The notes under the pieces were generated by a model, which ran no database searches, was not told the origin of the DNA, and saw only the letters and a program-made list of their open reading frames with translations. The position numbers and the translations under genes are program-made. From a virus (Duplodnaviria; Caudoviricetes), in IMG/VR virus record IMGVR_UViG_3300032305_002837, positions 1 to 28,318 of that record: a DNA stretch of 28,318 bases; one strand, written 5' to 3'. Shown piece after piece: positions 1 to 10,149 of this stretch; position 1 is the stretch's first letter, and each line of letters opens with the position of its first letter.

Positions 1-1103
1 ACTTCTGAATTTTCTGGTATGTCTTTTATGCTTACTTCTAAAGTTTTTTCATATTTAGCTCTAAAATAGAGACCCATTCCCGGTCCTTCTTGCTCAAAAA
101 CAATTTCAACATTGTTAGGAAGGTTATCTCTTTCCCTACGAATCAATTGCAATGCTTCTGTTCTTTCGTTCTCCATTACTGTTTCATAGTCATCTTCATC
201 ATCATCCATTACTTCTTCGTATCCACCTTCATCTTCAACATAATCAGCTTCGTCATCAAAGAAATTTTTAAATAATTTTTCTTTTCCTGTGTCAAAATAT
301 GTTCCTCCGGTTAACACATGATCTTCTGGATCAAGTTCATCTATTTCTTGTTTATTTCTAAGAAAGTTTTTCAATGTGAAGAAAAATCCGGGCATACTTT
401 TACCATACATTTTCATTTCTGGAACAGCAACTTCTGATTTATCGCTTTTGCTTTCAAATCTTCTTATTCTTATTCTTGACACAGGATAAATACCGTCTTT
501 GTTTCTTTCTGGATCTGCAAAGATTTCATCTTGGTCTAAGTCTACATTTTTAAGATCTTCGTTTTTGACGACATAAGCTACAGCTCCACCTTCTTTTTCT
601 GCTTCCTCAAGAGCGTGGTGAAAGAAGTCACCGGATGGAGCATGGCAACTTCTACCTCCTGCTTGATTTGGAAGACAGTCAAAGTCACCCATCCTAACAA
701 CATCTATCGGATTTCTTGTGATAATGATAGAATAATTTTCATTAGAATCTTTTGATTTTGTTACTATTTCTTTTGTAGTTTTTAATGATTTATAAATATC
801 TGGTTGTTTTTTAGCCCAGTTAATGACAGGTTCTGGAAGTTCCAGACTATCTATCAACTTCATTAGTTTTACTTTTTCTGGACTTCCATTTTTGGCTGTG
901 CGTGTTAATAGTCCTGTTTCATAGTCATATTCTTCATCATCTAATTTTTTCACTAGATACTTTGCTGATGGATCAATACCAAAGGGCACAGCAATACGAT
1001 CTTTTTTGCCAAAAACATTATTAAGTGTGCGATGTGAGACAGACTTAATTCTTGTTGCTATTTCTTGATTGATTTCATTAATCAACCATTCTTTGAATTT
1101 CAT
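1..1103 (-). CDS. Large hypothetical protein, truncated by the window edge (missing from the ORF track); N-terminus resembles a capsid-targeting sequence; putative internal head protein
   Basis: Manual translation from ATG at 1103 gives MKFKEWLINEINQEIATRIK...SIIITRNPIDVVRMGDF...RSCHAPSG...; the frame stays open to position 1 (367 codons); contains an acidic stretch (DDEADYVEDEGGYEEVMDDEDDYE). Confidence 0.85.
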   Translation of the reverse strand, partial: MKFKEWLINEINQEIATRIKSVSHRTLNNVFGKKDRIAVPFGIDPSAKYLVKKLDDEEYDYETGLLTRTAKNGSPEKVKLMKLIDSLELPEPVINWAKKQPDIYKSLKTTKEIVTKSKDSNENYSIIITRNPIDVVRMGDFDCLPNQAGGRSCHAPSGDFFHHALEEAEKEGGAVAYVVKNEDLKNVDLDQDEIFADPERNKDGIYPVSRIRIRRFESKSDKSEVAVPEMKMYGKSMPGFFFTLKNFLRNKQEIDELDPEDHVLTGGTYFDTGKEKLFKNFFDDEADYVEDEGGYEEVMDDDEDDYETVMENERTEALQLIRRERDNLPNNVEIVFEQEGPGMGLYFRAKYEKTLEVSIKDIPENSE

Positions 1104-1165
1104 AATATGTATATATTAAAAAAAACAATTTTTAAAAGATTAGTTGTTGATAAAATATTTTGCTT

Positions 1166-3139
1166 TTATATTTGAGTCATATCATGTCCTAAAAGTTGAA
1201 ATAATAATTTGCGTATTTTTGTTTTTTTCCACGGTCCTGCTCGTTTGCAATTTTCAAATGCCTGTTCAAGTGATGATTTGTGAATACTTTCTGGTGCTAC
1301 ACGCAAAATGTATTTAACAACGTCAATAGGATCTTCATAGTTGTCATCGGAGCATGCTCTCAAGAATATAAGTTCATAATTTGAAGCCCCAGCATCAAAC
1401 AACATTTTAGCTGTTTGAACATTGTCAGTTATCAAAGTTGAGTACACAGCATTATTCAAGATATTTACAGAAGGTTTGGTTTCATTTAATAAGAATCTTA
1501 ATATTTCTAGTGATTGGATTGCAGCGTCACTCATAACTTTCCGTAGTAAATCAGTATATTCATCTATAGGATTTTTTAATTTTTTAAACAAATAACAAAA
1601 CGCATCATAAGCGTTGTGTTGAGCTGCACCTCGGATTGCATCAACATTAGCCGTATCAGATATGCGCATAGGCACTTTTTCTTTTAAATATTTTAAAACA
1701 TCTGTCGCATTGTGAATAGCAGCAGTTTCATATATGTCAATTGTGGTTCGAAGTGATTCAAGTGCTTCTGGTTGTCCGAGCATAATGTCTATAATTTTAT
1801 AATTCTTGTCTTTTACGACTCTAGATATTGAATAGTAAGAAAACAAACTTACTAATTCTTGAGGTAATTTTTGTTTTACTGTTTCAGTCAATTTTTTGAC
1901 AGTATTTACATCCTCGCTAGTAACAGCGTGTTGCATCATAAACTTAGCAAATTCGATATCAATTTTGACATTTGCCAAAATAAAATCAATGACATCATCT
2001 CTCTGGTTATCAATTGCCAGTGGGACAAGAAGTCTTAGTTTGTTTTCTGCTTCTCCATATTTTACAACAAGTAATTTTTGTTCTGTTGTTAATTTATCAA
2101 AATGTTTCAAGTTAATAATATTGCACATAATCAAATAATCGTTAAAAATTTCTGGATGTTGGGATGCTGTTTCAAAATTATTACTTTCTATAAAATCTTT
2201 CAAAAGCCTTTCTTCTTTTGTGACTGGTTCTGCTTTAAAAACATTTGGATTAATTCCAAGTGTTGAGAGATACTGCATGTAAGCATTAATATCAGTTCCG
2301 TATCCTTCAATTCCTTTCCTAGAATTGTTTTCAGCATCAACCCACTCGCTATATTTTCCTTCTGGAGCTACACCCGGATTTACATATCTTGCAGGATCAT
2401 CTTTTCCTTTGTTGTAATCAAACACAAAATATTGTGTTTGTTGGTATTCCATTCTATAAGTCATGAAATAGCTTGGATTATCCCAAGTTACACACCATCC
2501 AGAAGATCTATCTTTCTTTTTACCAAACTTATGTGCATCAATATGCTTGTTAGCTTTGAAAACCCAAACATTATCTCCTTTAGCAACAAGAAGATTTGGA
2601 TATTTTGCTGCTAATGCTATTGGATTTTGAAATACATCATCATAATTATCAACAACAGATTCAGATGAAACGATTGAATGAATAAAAGACGTAAAGTGAT
2701 TAAAGTCTTCAGGATCTTTATAAATGTCTTCTTTGTGTTTTATTACTGGTTTATCTGTAAAATTAATATTTATTTTATTTTCTTGTACTAAAGTTCTTAT
2801 TAAGTTCATGGTTTCTTTAAGTTCAGATTCATTTTCATTTTGGTAAAATTCTGCTATTTTAAATTCATTTTTAGTTATTTGGTTGGTTTTTAATTTTTCA
2901 AAATAAGGAAGTATTTTTGGATTTACAGGTTTTTCTTCTTTTTCTGGTTTCTGCTTAATCAATGGAAATCTTTGTCTTAATCTAATGAATGCATCTTTTC
3001 TATCAATTAGACTTGGATCATCTTCAAGCTCTTTGATAAAAGCAGCAAGTTCAGTTGGTGGTGCTTTATCTCGTTCTAATGCTCCTTTTGTTGTAGCATC
3101 TAGTGTTTCTGATAATTTAAACCAAACTTTAAAATTCAT
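1166..3139 (-). CDS. 657-aa hypothetical protein with a central GWCVT motif domain and C-terminal ankyrin-like helical repeats; CTS-like N-terminus
   Basis: Starts MNFKVWFKLSE; SSGWCVTWDNPSYFMTY...QYFVFD; repeats such as TAAIHNATDVLKYLKEK, GAAQHNAYDAFCYLFKK, DAAIQSLEILRFLLNE, TDNVQTAKMLFDAGA. Confidence 0.7.
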   Translation of the reverse strand: MNFKVWFKLSETLDATTKGALERDKAPPTELAAFIKELEDDPSLIDRKDAFIRLRQRFPLIKQKPEKEEKPVNPKILPYFEKLKTNQITKNEFKIAEFYQNENESELKETMNLIRTLVQENKININFTDKPVIKHKEDIYKDPEDFNHFTSFIHSIVSSESVVDNYDDVFQNPIALAAKYPNLLVAKGDNVWVFKANKHIDAHKFGKKKDRSSGWCVTWDNPSYFMTYRMEYQQTQYFVFDYNKGKDDPARYVNPGVAPEGKYSEWVDAENNSRKGIEGYGTDINAYMQYLSTLGINPNVFKAEPVTKEERLLKDFIESNNFETASQHPEIFNDYLIMCNIINLKHFDKLTTEQKLLVVKYGEAENKLRLLVPLAIDNQRDDVIDFILANVKIDIEFAKFMMQHAVTSEDVNTVKKLTETVKQKLPQELVSLFSYYSISRVVKDKNYKIIDIMLGQPEALESLRTTIDIYETAAIHNATDVLKYLKEKVPMRISDTANVDAIRGAAQHNAYDAFCYLFKKLKNPIDEYTDLLRKVMSDAAIQSLEILRFLLNETKPSVNILNNAVYSTLITDNVQTAKMLFDAGASNYELIFLRACSDDNYEDPIDVVKYILRVAPESIHKSSLEQAFENCKRAGPWKKTKIRKLLFQLLGHDMTQI

Positions 3140-3234
3140 AATGTTTATTTATTAGTTAATACAAATTATTTCAAAATCATTAATATCTAATTGTTATAGT
3201 TAATGTTTCTCTAAACACATTCAAAATTAATACC

Positions 3235-4353
3235 ATGAAAACGGAAAAAAATATTACTAGATTATTAGAAGTCGCAAAAAGAAGAATAAATCATTTGAAT
3301 AAAGATGATTTGAATGAAGTAATAAGTTTGAACGAGGACGCAATGAAACGAAAAACAATTACTTTTCAAAACAGTAGACAAAATCTTGCGAAACCCAATA
3401 AAATTGTGAAATCTTATGGAGTTGGTAATTCATCTCATTCTGAAAACGACAATAATCCAAGACCACATCAAAGATTTTTAACTAAAGTTAATGGTAATTT
3501 TCATCGTTTGGAGACTCCAGAAGAAGGATCTTTTAATGCTGGTATTGTGAGATATGATAAAAATAAATTAATTTGTGTGTACAGACCGGATGAACAAAGT
3601 TTTATAGGATGTTATTTGGATAATGACTATAATATTTTAAAAGACAGTTATTATAGTTTTAATATTAAGAATTGTGCAGATCCGAGACTTTTATGGACGA
3701 AAGATGGTCGGCTTCTTATGACTTATGCATATATTGATAATTTTGAATTTGATAAAGAATATATTCGTGGCACTGTCATAATGGAAGACAGACTTAGTGG
3801 AAAGTTTGTGGAAGATTTGTCATTTAGAATAAGTCCCCCAGATCTTAAAGGTCGGCAGAAAAATTGGATGCCTTTCAATCATAATAATAAAATTTATTTA
3901 ATATCTTCTGTATGTCCTCATGAAATTTACGAATTTGTTGATGTTAATACTTGCAATAAAGTTTATTCAACGAAATGGTCTAATCCTTGGAGGATCAAGG
4001 AAAATCTTCGAGGAAGTACTAATGCAGTAAAATTGCCAGATGGTAATTATTTGTCTACATTTCACACGTCTATGAGACACAAAAATAAGTTTTATTATGA
4101 TAATGGTTGTTATTTGTTTTCTGGGAAACCTCCATTTAATGTGTTAAAGTGTTCAATTAGGACATATTTGCCAGCTGAAGCGGCATGTGAGCCTCCTTTT
4201 AGAAAAGCAAGTGAAATAGTTTGTAATTTTCCGGTTGGTATGATATATGAAAATAATAAAGTTATAATTAGTTATGGAGACAGTGATTCAGTTGTAAAAA
4301 TAGTTGACTATAAGATAGAAGACTTACTTAGTACTATGGTTGATGTTAACTAA
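3235..4353 (+). CDS. Five-bladed beta-propeller glycosidase/phosphorylase-like protein (GH130/GH43-like)
   Basis: Motifs FNAGIV, ADPRL, QKNWMPF, LRGST, NFPVG, IISYGDSD are typical of GH130-like propellers. Confidence 0.7.
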   Translation: MKTEKNITRLLEVAKRRINHLNKDDLNEVISLNEDAMKRKTITFQNSRQNLAKPNKIVKSYGVGNSSHSENDNNPRPHQRFLTKVNGNFHRLETPEEGSFNAGIVRYDKNKLICVYRPDEQSFIGCYLDNDYNILKDSYYSFNIKNCADPRLLWTKDGRLLMTYAYIDNFEFDKEYIRGTVIMEDRLSGKFVEDLSFRISPPDLKGRQKNWMPFNHNNKIYLISSVCPHEIYEFVDVNTCNKVYSTKWSNPWRIKENLRGSTNAVKLPDGNYLSTFHTSMRHKNKFYYDNGCYLFSGKPPFNVLKCSIRTYLPAEAACEPPFRKASEIVCNFPVGMIYENNKVIISYGDSDSVVKIVDYKIEDLLSTMVDVN

Positions 4354-4416
4354 AAACATTGGAGATTGTTATGCAAGATGTTATTTCTGTTAACAATTGT
4401 CTTGTTATGAAAAAGA

Positions 4417-4923
4417 TTAAATCCTTGTAATTATTTTTTCATCTTTTAGGTAGTTGGTTAAGGCTACAAGATGTTTACAAAGTCCCGGCACACCACTAGG
4501 GTTTGGTGAACGTCCTCTTGGAGATCCTATGGGTTCCTCTGTTCTTAAATTGCTAGTTGGATCAAATAAAGCAGATGCTTTGTGATTCTGTGTATTGAAA
4601 GCCCAATAGAAAAATGTGCAGGTGCAAAAAACTTCAGCATCGCTAGTTCTTGGGTTAATTTTAGTAATTTTTTTAATACCAGTAATTGTTTGTACTGGTG
4701 TTTTGCCTTTAACGCTGACTTCTGGAAATTTGATAACTGTCTTATAAACGTCTGTTATGCCACCAATTGTTCCTCTGATTACCAGTGAATTTGGAGGTAA
4801 AATGTCATATTTTACATCAATAATCTTTACATCATCAGCACTGAGTATTCTACCAGCATGATGAACCGATGTATTTGCAAAAAGTGTTGAAAGATTCATT
4901 TCAACCAACCATAAGTCATTCAT
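4417..4923 (-). CDS. SWIM-type zinc finger protein
   Basis: VFCTCTFF...GLCKHLVAL matches the SWIM signature CxC-Xn-CxH; SD-like AAGGTG upstream. Confidence 0.75.
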   Translation of the reverse strand: MNDLWLVEMNLSTLFANTSVHHAGRILSADDVKIIDVKYDILPPNSLVIRGTIGGITDVYKTVIKFPEVSVKGKTPVQTITGIKKITKINPRTSDAEVFCTCTFFYWAFNTQNHKASALFDPTSNLRTEEPIGSPRGRSPNPSGVPGLCKHLVALTNYLKDEKIITRI

Positions 4924-4938
4924 GTTTTCACCTTATAC

Positions 4939-4967
4939 ATTATACTAGTTACACACTCTGTTGTCAA
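4939..4967 (-). promoter_or_regulatory. Consensus sigma70-type promoter for the SWIM gene
   Basis: Minus strand TTGACA (4967-4962), 17-nt spacer, TATAAT (4944-4939). Confidence 0.8.
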
Positions 4968-4982
4968 TATTGTTTAAACAAC

Positions 4983-5588
4983 TCACCGTTCATTTGATTT
5001 ACTTTTGACAAAAGCTTTTATTAAATATTTTTTTATCACCTTATATTCTTCTTTTTGGTTGCACATTTCAATATATTTTTCTAAATTTTTTGATTTTTTT
5101 GCTAATGATCTAATACTGTTGTAATTTTTGTGATTAAAAGCAGCATCCATAGCGTCTTCAACAAAATCCAATCCATGTTTTATATGCATATCAACTATTT
5201 GATAGCTATGTATAGCTGAATTTACAAATGTTTCTTTTGTAAGATTTGCATTTCTTTGAATTGCCTCTCTAGCAAGAGTTTTGCTATTCGCTAATATTGC
5301 ATAATGCAAAAGAATATTTGGTGATAATCTGTCTTTTATCGCAGAAATATACTTTTGTTCACAAGGAAACCCTTGGATATCGTCTATAACAAATTCTTTA
5401 TGGCAATCAAGGTAATAAATCATGTTTTTGACATGCTTTTTACTTTGAACATATATTCTGTATACATTTCCCTCTTCGTTAAAGCACACTTCACCAATTT
5501 TTTTATCGTGTAGATACATGGAAAATCTATTTTTCTTTTTTAAAAAGAATGTGTCTTTGCCACAAAGTTCTTTATTGCGTAATTCCAT
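4983..5588 (-). CDS. Hypothetical protein with C-terminal ankyrin-like repeats
   Basis: LLHYAILANSKTLAREAIQRNANL; YQIVDMHIKHGLDFVEDAMDAAFNHKNYNSIRSL. Confidence 0.55.
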   Translation of the reverse strand: MELRNKELCGKDTFFLKKKNRFSMYLHDKKIGEVCFNEEGNVYRIYVQSKKHVKNMIYYLDCHKEFVIDDIQGFPCEQKYISAIKDRLSPNILLHYAILANSKTLAREAIQRNANLTKETFVNSAIHSYQIVDMHIKHGLDFVEDAMDAAFNHKNYNSIRSLAKKSKNLEKYIEMCNQKEEYKVIKKYLIKAFVKSKSNER

Positions 5589-5594
5589 AAATCC

Positions 5595-6257
5595 TCATAG
5601 TATTTTAATTGTGTTACAGACTTTATAACCATGTTTTTTTAAAAAACCACTACAATTGCTCTCAATAAATGCTAATTGCTCTTGAGTTATTCTTTCTTTT
5701 ATGTCTTTATTTGAGTTTGGACTAATGTGATTTGGATGCATTTGAGTTTTGGTTCTATCAAACTCATTATATTTTCTATTTTTAATTTCATCTATTTTAT
5801 TTAAGATTTCAGGAACATTAATTTTTTCTAATGGCAATTCTAAACATGCAGCTAACTCCAAAATAACTTTTTTTTGATTTTTAAAATATTCTTCATAAAC
5901 AAAAACGTAATCTGACATATTTATACCATTGTCAATTATTGTTTTAAACGCATTGCAAACATCTTTTAAAATTTCTGGATTATTTATTTTAAACTTTTGA
6001 TTAAATTCAAAATAACTAGCTATAACATATCTTATATCTCTGATACTTGTTATTTTTTTATGTGACCATGGCAAGTATTTTTCGTTTTTTTCATGTGTTT
6101 TTACGATATTATGCTGTTTTTGCATATTTTCTTTAAATAATTCATGCCAAATAGCATAAACATTGTCTTTGCCATGTAATTGCTCAAATAACAGTCTACA
6201 TATATTGAATAACAATGTGCTACCTGATCGTGGTACAGTTGATAACAAGACATTCAT
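5595..6257 (-). CDS. PAPS-dependent sulfotransferase family protein
   Basis: 5'-PSB loop STVPRSGSTLL, IVKTH, 3'-PB motif IRDIRYVIASY, VFVYEEY. Confidence 0.8.
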   Translation of the reverse strand: MNVLLSTVPRSGSTLLFNICRLLFEQLHGKDNVYAIWHELFKENMQKQHNIVKTHEKNEKYLPWSHKKITSIRDIRYVIASYFEFNQKFKINNPEILKDVCNAFKTIIDNGINMSDYVFVYEEYFKNQKKVILELAACLELPLEKINVPEILNKIDEIKNRKYNEFDRTKTQMHPNHISPNSNKDIKERITQEQLAFIESNCSGFLKKHGYKVCNTIKIL

Positions 6258-6284
6258 AATTTAATATATTAACTAGGAGGACAA

Positions 6285-6386
6285 ATGTGTTGTGGAAGAT
6301 CATCTGGAAAATCAAAATCTAAAGGAAAGAGCAGACTTGTAAAGAAAAAGCCTGTTAAACAAGAAAATAAGGAAGAAAAAAAGTGA
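6285..6386 (+). CDS. Small basic 33-aa peptide (not in the ORF track)
   Basis: AGGAGG at 6275-6280, ATG at 6285, MCCGRSSGKSKSKGKSRLVKKKPVKQENKEEKK, TGA at 6384-6386; fills an intergenic gap. Confidence 0.65.
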   Translation: MCCGRSSGKSKSKGKSRLVKKKPVKQENKEEKK

Positions 6387-6457
6387 CTATGTTTGAAAAA
6401 TTTTAAAAATAATATTTTCTATATCGTGTTGTTTAACTGTTAATAATATATAATAAA

Positions 6458-7642
6458 ATGATGCGTCAAAAACTTCTTAATATTGATTATAGTTTTATCA
6501 TGGCTCCATTTTACCTTATAGGCAATGATGAGCTATTAAAATCACAATTATTGAATTTGAATTATCAGACAGATAATTCTTTTGAGGTTGTTATTCCAGA
6601 TCCACATTATTCTAAAAGGGGATGGTTATCCGAATTTAGTAAAACACTTCAGTACAATGTTGTCCATTTCCCTTATGTAGTTAATCCAAATGTGCCTAAA
6701 ACATTTGATTATGGCATATTTAACAATGCAGTTTTGATGTCATCTGCAAATAAAATTATTACATTTCAAGATTGGAGATTTTGTCATCCAGAATTAATCA
6801 AAATTTTAAGGCAAATGAGTAATTTTAGTTTTGTTGGATTTGAATGGCAAATACTTTATAAAGATGATTGTTGTATTAAAAACAATAATCATGAAAACCA
6901 TATAATGACAATATCAGTTAACGAAGCAAACGAAATGTACAAAGAAGGTATATTCCCGAAAATATTATTGGAAGAATCAAAAACTTATAAATTTAACAAT
7001 TCTTGTTGGGGTCATTATTGCATAGATAGAAGTTTGTGGTTGGAAGTTAATGGAATAGATGAGGTAGTAACTAACACAAGACATTATGCTGATCTAGACT
7101 TAAATGCAAGGCTTGAAGAATATTATTTGCGCAACAACAAAAAAGTAGAAATACCAATGATTAAAAATGTAATGGCAAGAATAATGCACAATAAAGGAAA
7201 TTATTTAGGTGGATCAAGCATAAATTTCGATTTTAAAGTAAACACAAAACATAAAAACTGTTGTTTTGTAACAAACGGATTGATTGATGGGGAGCAACCC
7301 ATAAATTATGCAAATGACAAAGAATTTATGAAATTTACAGTGAAGAATATAAATTCTGGTAAATATAAGAAGTTATATCAAGTCGATTATGATGCAGATT
7401 ATTTGAATAATAATAATGGTGAATTTGATACAGATCATGCCACTATAGGATTTGAATGTTTAAAATGTGGTGTAATAAGTGAAACACCGTATTGGTATAA
7501 AAAGTCTCCTCACGCAAGAATAAAATCTTTAATTAATATTGGTGCGGGTAAATACAAATTGGGTAGAGATTTAAATCATCTTAATATTTTGATGGAAAAT
7601 AAAACATTTGAACAAAAAGTAAATATATTAAATAGCTTTTAG
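6458..7642 (+). CDS. Divergent GT-A fold (GT2-like) glycosyltransferase
   Basis: LKSQLLNLNYQTDNSFEVVIPD, FNNAVLMSSANKIITFQDW (degenerate DxD), WLEVNGIDE, YADLDLNARL. Confidence 0.65.
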   Translation: MMRQKLLNIDYSFIMAPFYLIGNDELLKSQLLNLNYQTDNSFEVVIPDPHYSKRGWLSEFSKTLQYNVVHFPYVVNPNVPKTFDYGIFNNAVLMSSANKIITFQDWRFCHPELIKILRQMSNFSFVGFEWQILYKDDCCIKNNNHENHIMTISVNEANEMYKEGIFPKILLEESKTYKFNNSCWGHYCIDRSLWLEVNGIDEVVTNTRHYADLDLNARLEEYYLRNNKKVEIPMIKNVMARIMHNKGNYLGGSSINFDFKVNTKHKNCCFVTNGLIDGEQPINYANDKEFMKFTVKNINSGKYKKLYQVDYDADYLNNNNGEFDTDHATIGFECLKCGVISETPYWYKKSPHARIKSLINIGAGKYKLGRDLNHLNILMENKTFEQKVNILNSF

Positions 7643-7656
7643 GAGAAATAATAAAA

Positions 7657-8280
7657 ATGAAATATCAATTTACAACCGATTGGTTTGGTAATATCGAATT
7701 GCAAAATGATTTAATTAAAAGTATAGATTTAGATCCAACCAATGAAATAAATATTTTAGAAATTGGATCTTATGAAGGCAGAAGCACTGTTTGGTTTATA
7801 GAAACATATTTACACAATATTAATTCAACGATCACATGTATAGATCCTTGGCTTGACTATTCTCAAGATGAAAAGAGTTTAAATTCCTATAATGCTGTTG
7901 ATGCTCAATGGAAGTTTGGTTCACTAAAAATTAAGGAAATTTTTGAAAATAACATTCATCTTTCAGGCAAGAAAGATCAAGTTATAATTCACCATGATTT
8001 ATCGACAAATATTCTTCCCAAGCTTCTTGTAGAAAAGAAAAAATATGATGTTATTTTTATAGATGGGAATCATGTTGCTCCATTCGTAATGATGGATGCT
8101 GTACTTTGTTGGAATCTATTAAACAAGAATGGTATAATGATTTTTGATGATTATTTATGGATGCCTAATCTTGACAAAAAACTAAGACCTCAAATGGCTA
8201 TTGATTATTTTATTGAAGTTTTTGCAGATTATTGCGAAGTTAAACTTAACAACTACAGAAAAGCAATTATAAAAAATTAA
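7657..8280 (+). CDS. Class I SAM-dependent methyltransferase (Methyltransf_24-like)
   Basis: ILEIGSYEGRS, ITCIDPW, YDVIFIDGNH, GIMIFDDY; SD AGGAG upstream. Confidence 0.88.
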   Translation: MKYQFTTDWFGNIELQNDLIKSIDLDPTNEINILEIGSYEGRSTVWFIETYLHNINSTITCIDPWLDYSQDEKSLNSYNAVDAQWKFGSLKIKEIFENNIHLSGKKDQVIIHHDLSTNILPKLLVEKKKYDVIFIDGNHVAPFVMMDAVLCWNLLNKNGIMIFDDYLWMPNLDKKLRPQMAIDYFIEVFADYCEVKLNNYRKAIIKN

Positions 8281-9351
8281 TTATATTTGATCAGTTATAG
8301 TCTCTATATCAACTTTGCTTATTCCCATAAATAAAGGCAAACAAAGTATTCTTTTTGAAATGCTTTCAGATATAGGCATTTCTACATTTTGCAAATAGTT
8401 AATTGTATTCAATGAAGGATAAAAATATCTTCTTGGAAATATATTTTTAGAATTTAATTTTTCTACACAAATTAACAAATCATTTTCATTATTAAAAATG
8501 ATTGGATAATAAGAATAATTTTCTTTTATATTTACATTTTTTCTTGGCTTCCTGATGTAATTTCTTTTGTATGATTTGTACAATAACTTATCATAATATT
8601 CAAATGATTGTTTTCTGTTATCTATAATATCATCAATTTCTTCTAATGAACACAGACCCATAGCTGCATTGAATTCTGACATTTTAGAGTTTATGCCTAA
8701 TGATTCTATCTGATAATTTTTATACCCAAAATTTCCTTTTGTTTTCATTTCTGCCATTTTTGCTTCATCTTTTACATAAATTGCTCCACCTTCAATGGTG
8801 TGATAAACTTTTGTAGCATGAAAACTAAGTATAGACATATCACCATATTCTAATATTGATTTTTCTTTATATTTTACGCCGAATGCATGCGCTGCATCAA
8901 AAATTAATTTAATATTATTTTCTTTGCAGATTGTTTCTAGTTCTTCCAAGTTTCCTGTATTGCCATAAACATGAGTTGTTAGGACAGCTTTTGTTTTAGG
9001 TGTAATTAAACTTTTTATTTTGTTTGTGTCAATAAATAGATATTCTGGATCTATGTCACAAAAAACAGGTTTTAGTTTTGACCAAACGATTGAAGATGTT
9101 GTAGCAATAAAAGAAAATGGTGTTGTTATAATTTCGCAATCAGGATCAAATTCATTCAAACACATCAGCAAGCCATTGCTGCAACTATTGACCAAACACA
9201 AGTCTTTAACATCCAAGTATTTACATAGTTTTGCTTCAAGTTCTTTATGAAGTGGACCGTAGTTGGTTAAATGGTTTGTATCCCAAATAGTTTTTATTTT
9301 ATCTATATATTTATTTATATCTGGAAGATAGGGTTTATTGATATTAATCAT
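8281..9351 (-). CDS. DegT/DnrJ/EryC1/StrS PLP-dependent nucleotide-sugar aminotransferase (VioA-like)
   Basis: IITTPFSFIAT, HVYGN, FDAAHAFG, SFHATK (PLP lysine), EGGA, RRYFYP, LCLPL. Confidence 0.92.
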   Translation of the reverse strand: MININKPYLPDINKYIDKIKTIWDTNHLTNYGPLHKELEAKLCKYLDVKDLCLVNSCSNGLLMCLNEFDPDCEIITTPFSFIATTSSIVWSKLKPVFCDIDPEYLFIDTNKIKSLITPKTKAVLTTHVYGNTGNLEELETICKENNIKLIFDAAHAFGVKYKEKSILEYGDMSILSFHATKVYHTIEGGAIYVKDEAKMAEMKTKGNFGYKNYQIESLGINSKMSEFNAAMGLCSLEEIDDIIDNRKQSFEYYDKLLYKSYKRNYIRKPRKNVNIKENYSYYPIIFNNENDLLICVEKLNSKNIFPRRYFYPSLNTINYLQNVEMPISESISKRILCLPLFMGISKVDIETITDQI

Positions 9352-9373
9352 ATAGGTATATATAAATCAATTT

Positions 9374-10117
9374 TTAAATAATATTGTTTGGATTATTGCA
9401 CACGTTATGTGTAGGTTTCTTTCTGTATTTGTTTCTTCTTATTTTTTCTTTTTCGTGTCTTAATTTAAATTCTTCTTTTGAAAACCATTTTTCTTTTCCA
9501 GCTTCGTTGTATTCCCAGAATATTAAACCAGTTTCTTCATTAATAGTTCCTCTGCGGAGTCTTTTGTTCAAAGCTTGTAGTGCCATCATTCTTTTTGTCT
9601 TGTAAAACATGTCTAATTTTCTATAAGATATTGCTCTGCTTTTTTTTCTTTCTTCTAATTTTTTTGCTGAACCAAAATATGGTTTTTTACCAATAAAGAA
9701 GCAAACAAATTCTTCTGGGTTATTTGGATTGGGATCACCAAATTTAAGATTAGTTTGAAGTTCTTTAAGTCTTTGGGTCATGTCCTTTCTTCTATCGTTC
9801 AATCTTTTTCTGTATTTTTCAAGTTGAGATTTACTTCCCCACACTTCTTTCCCTGAAGTGGAAATGCTCATAAAGTATAAATTTCTGGAACAATCATATT
9901 TACCAACATAATTTCTTTCATGTGGTGATTTTTTTGCTTGTAATTTTTTGTATTCTTGTTGGCACATACGAACATATGCTTTTCTTGTATTTTCTCTTTT
10001 CTCATACTGTTCTTTTGTCGCCCAAACTTCTTTACCTTTTCTATAAACCCAAAATACTTTACCATCTTCACGGATGGTTCCACGTTTGATATGGTTTTCT
10101 CTTTTGTGAGTAAACAT
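9374..10117 (-). CDS. Very basic protein built of four ~60-aa repeats; putative nucleic-acid-binding protein
   Basis: KRGTIREDGKVFWVYRKGKEVWATKEQY / VGKYDCSRNLYFMSISTSGKEVWGSKSQL / KFGDPNPNNPEEFVCFFIGKKPYFGSAKKL / RRGTINEETGLIFWEYNEAGKEKWFSKEEF; SD GAGGA. Confidence 0.7.
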   Translation of the reverse strand: MFTHKRENHIKRGTIREDGKVFWVYRKGKEVWATKEQYEKRENTRKAYVRMCQQEYKKLQAKKSPHERNYVGKYDCSRNLYFMSISTSGKEVWGSKSQLEKYRKRLNDRRKDMTQRLKELQTNLKFGDPNPNNPEEFVCFFIGKKPYFGSAKKLEERKKSRAISYRKLDMFYKTKRMMALQALNKRLRRGTINEETGLIFWEYNEAGKEKWFSKEEFKLRHEKEKIRRNKYRKKPTHNVCNNPNNII

Positions 10118-10149
10118 ATACGTTCCTCTGCTTTTATTACCAGATGATT

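Noticed and set aside
90-275. 61-aa plus-strand ORF in the track
   Set aside because: It is an antisense shadow of the acidic region of the real minus-strand gene at 1-1103.
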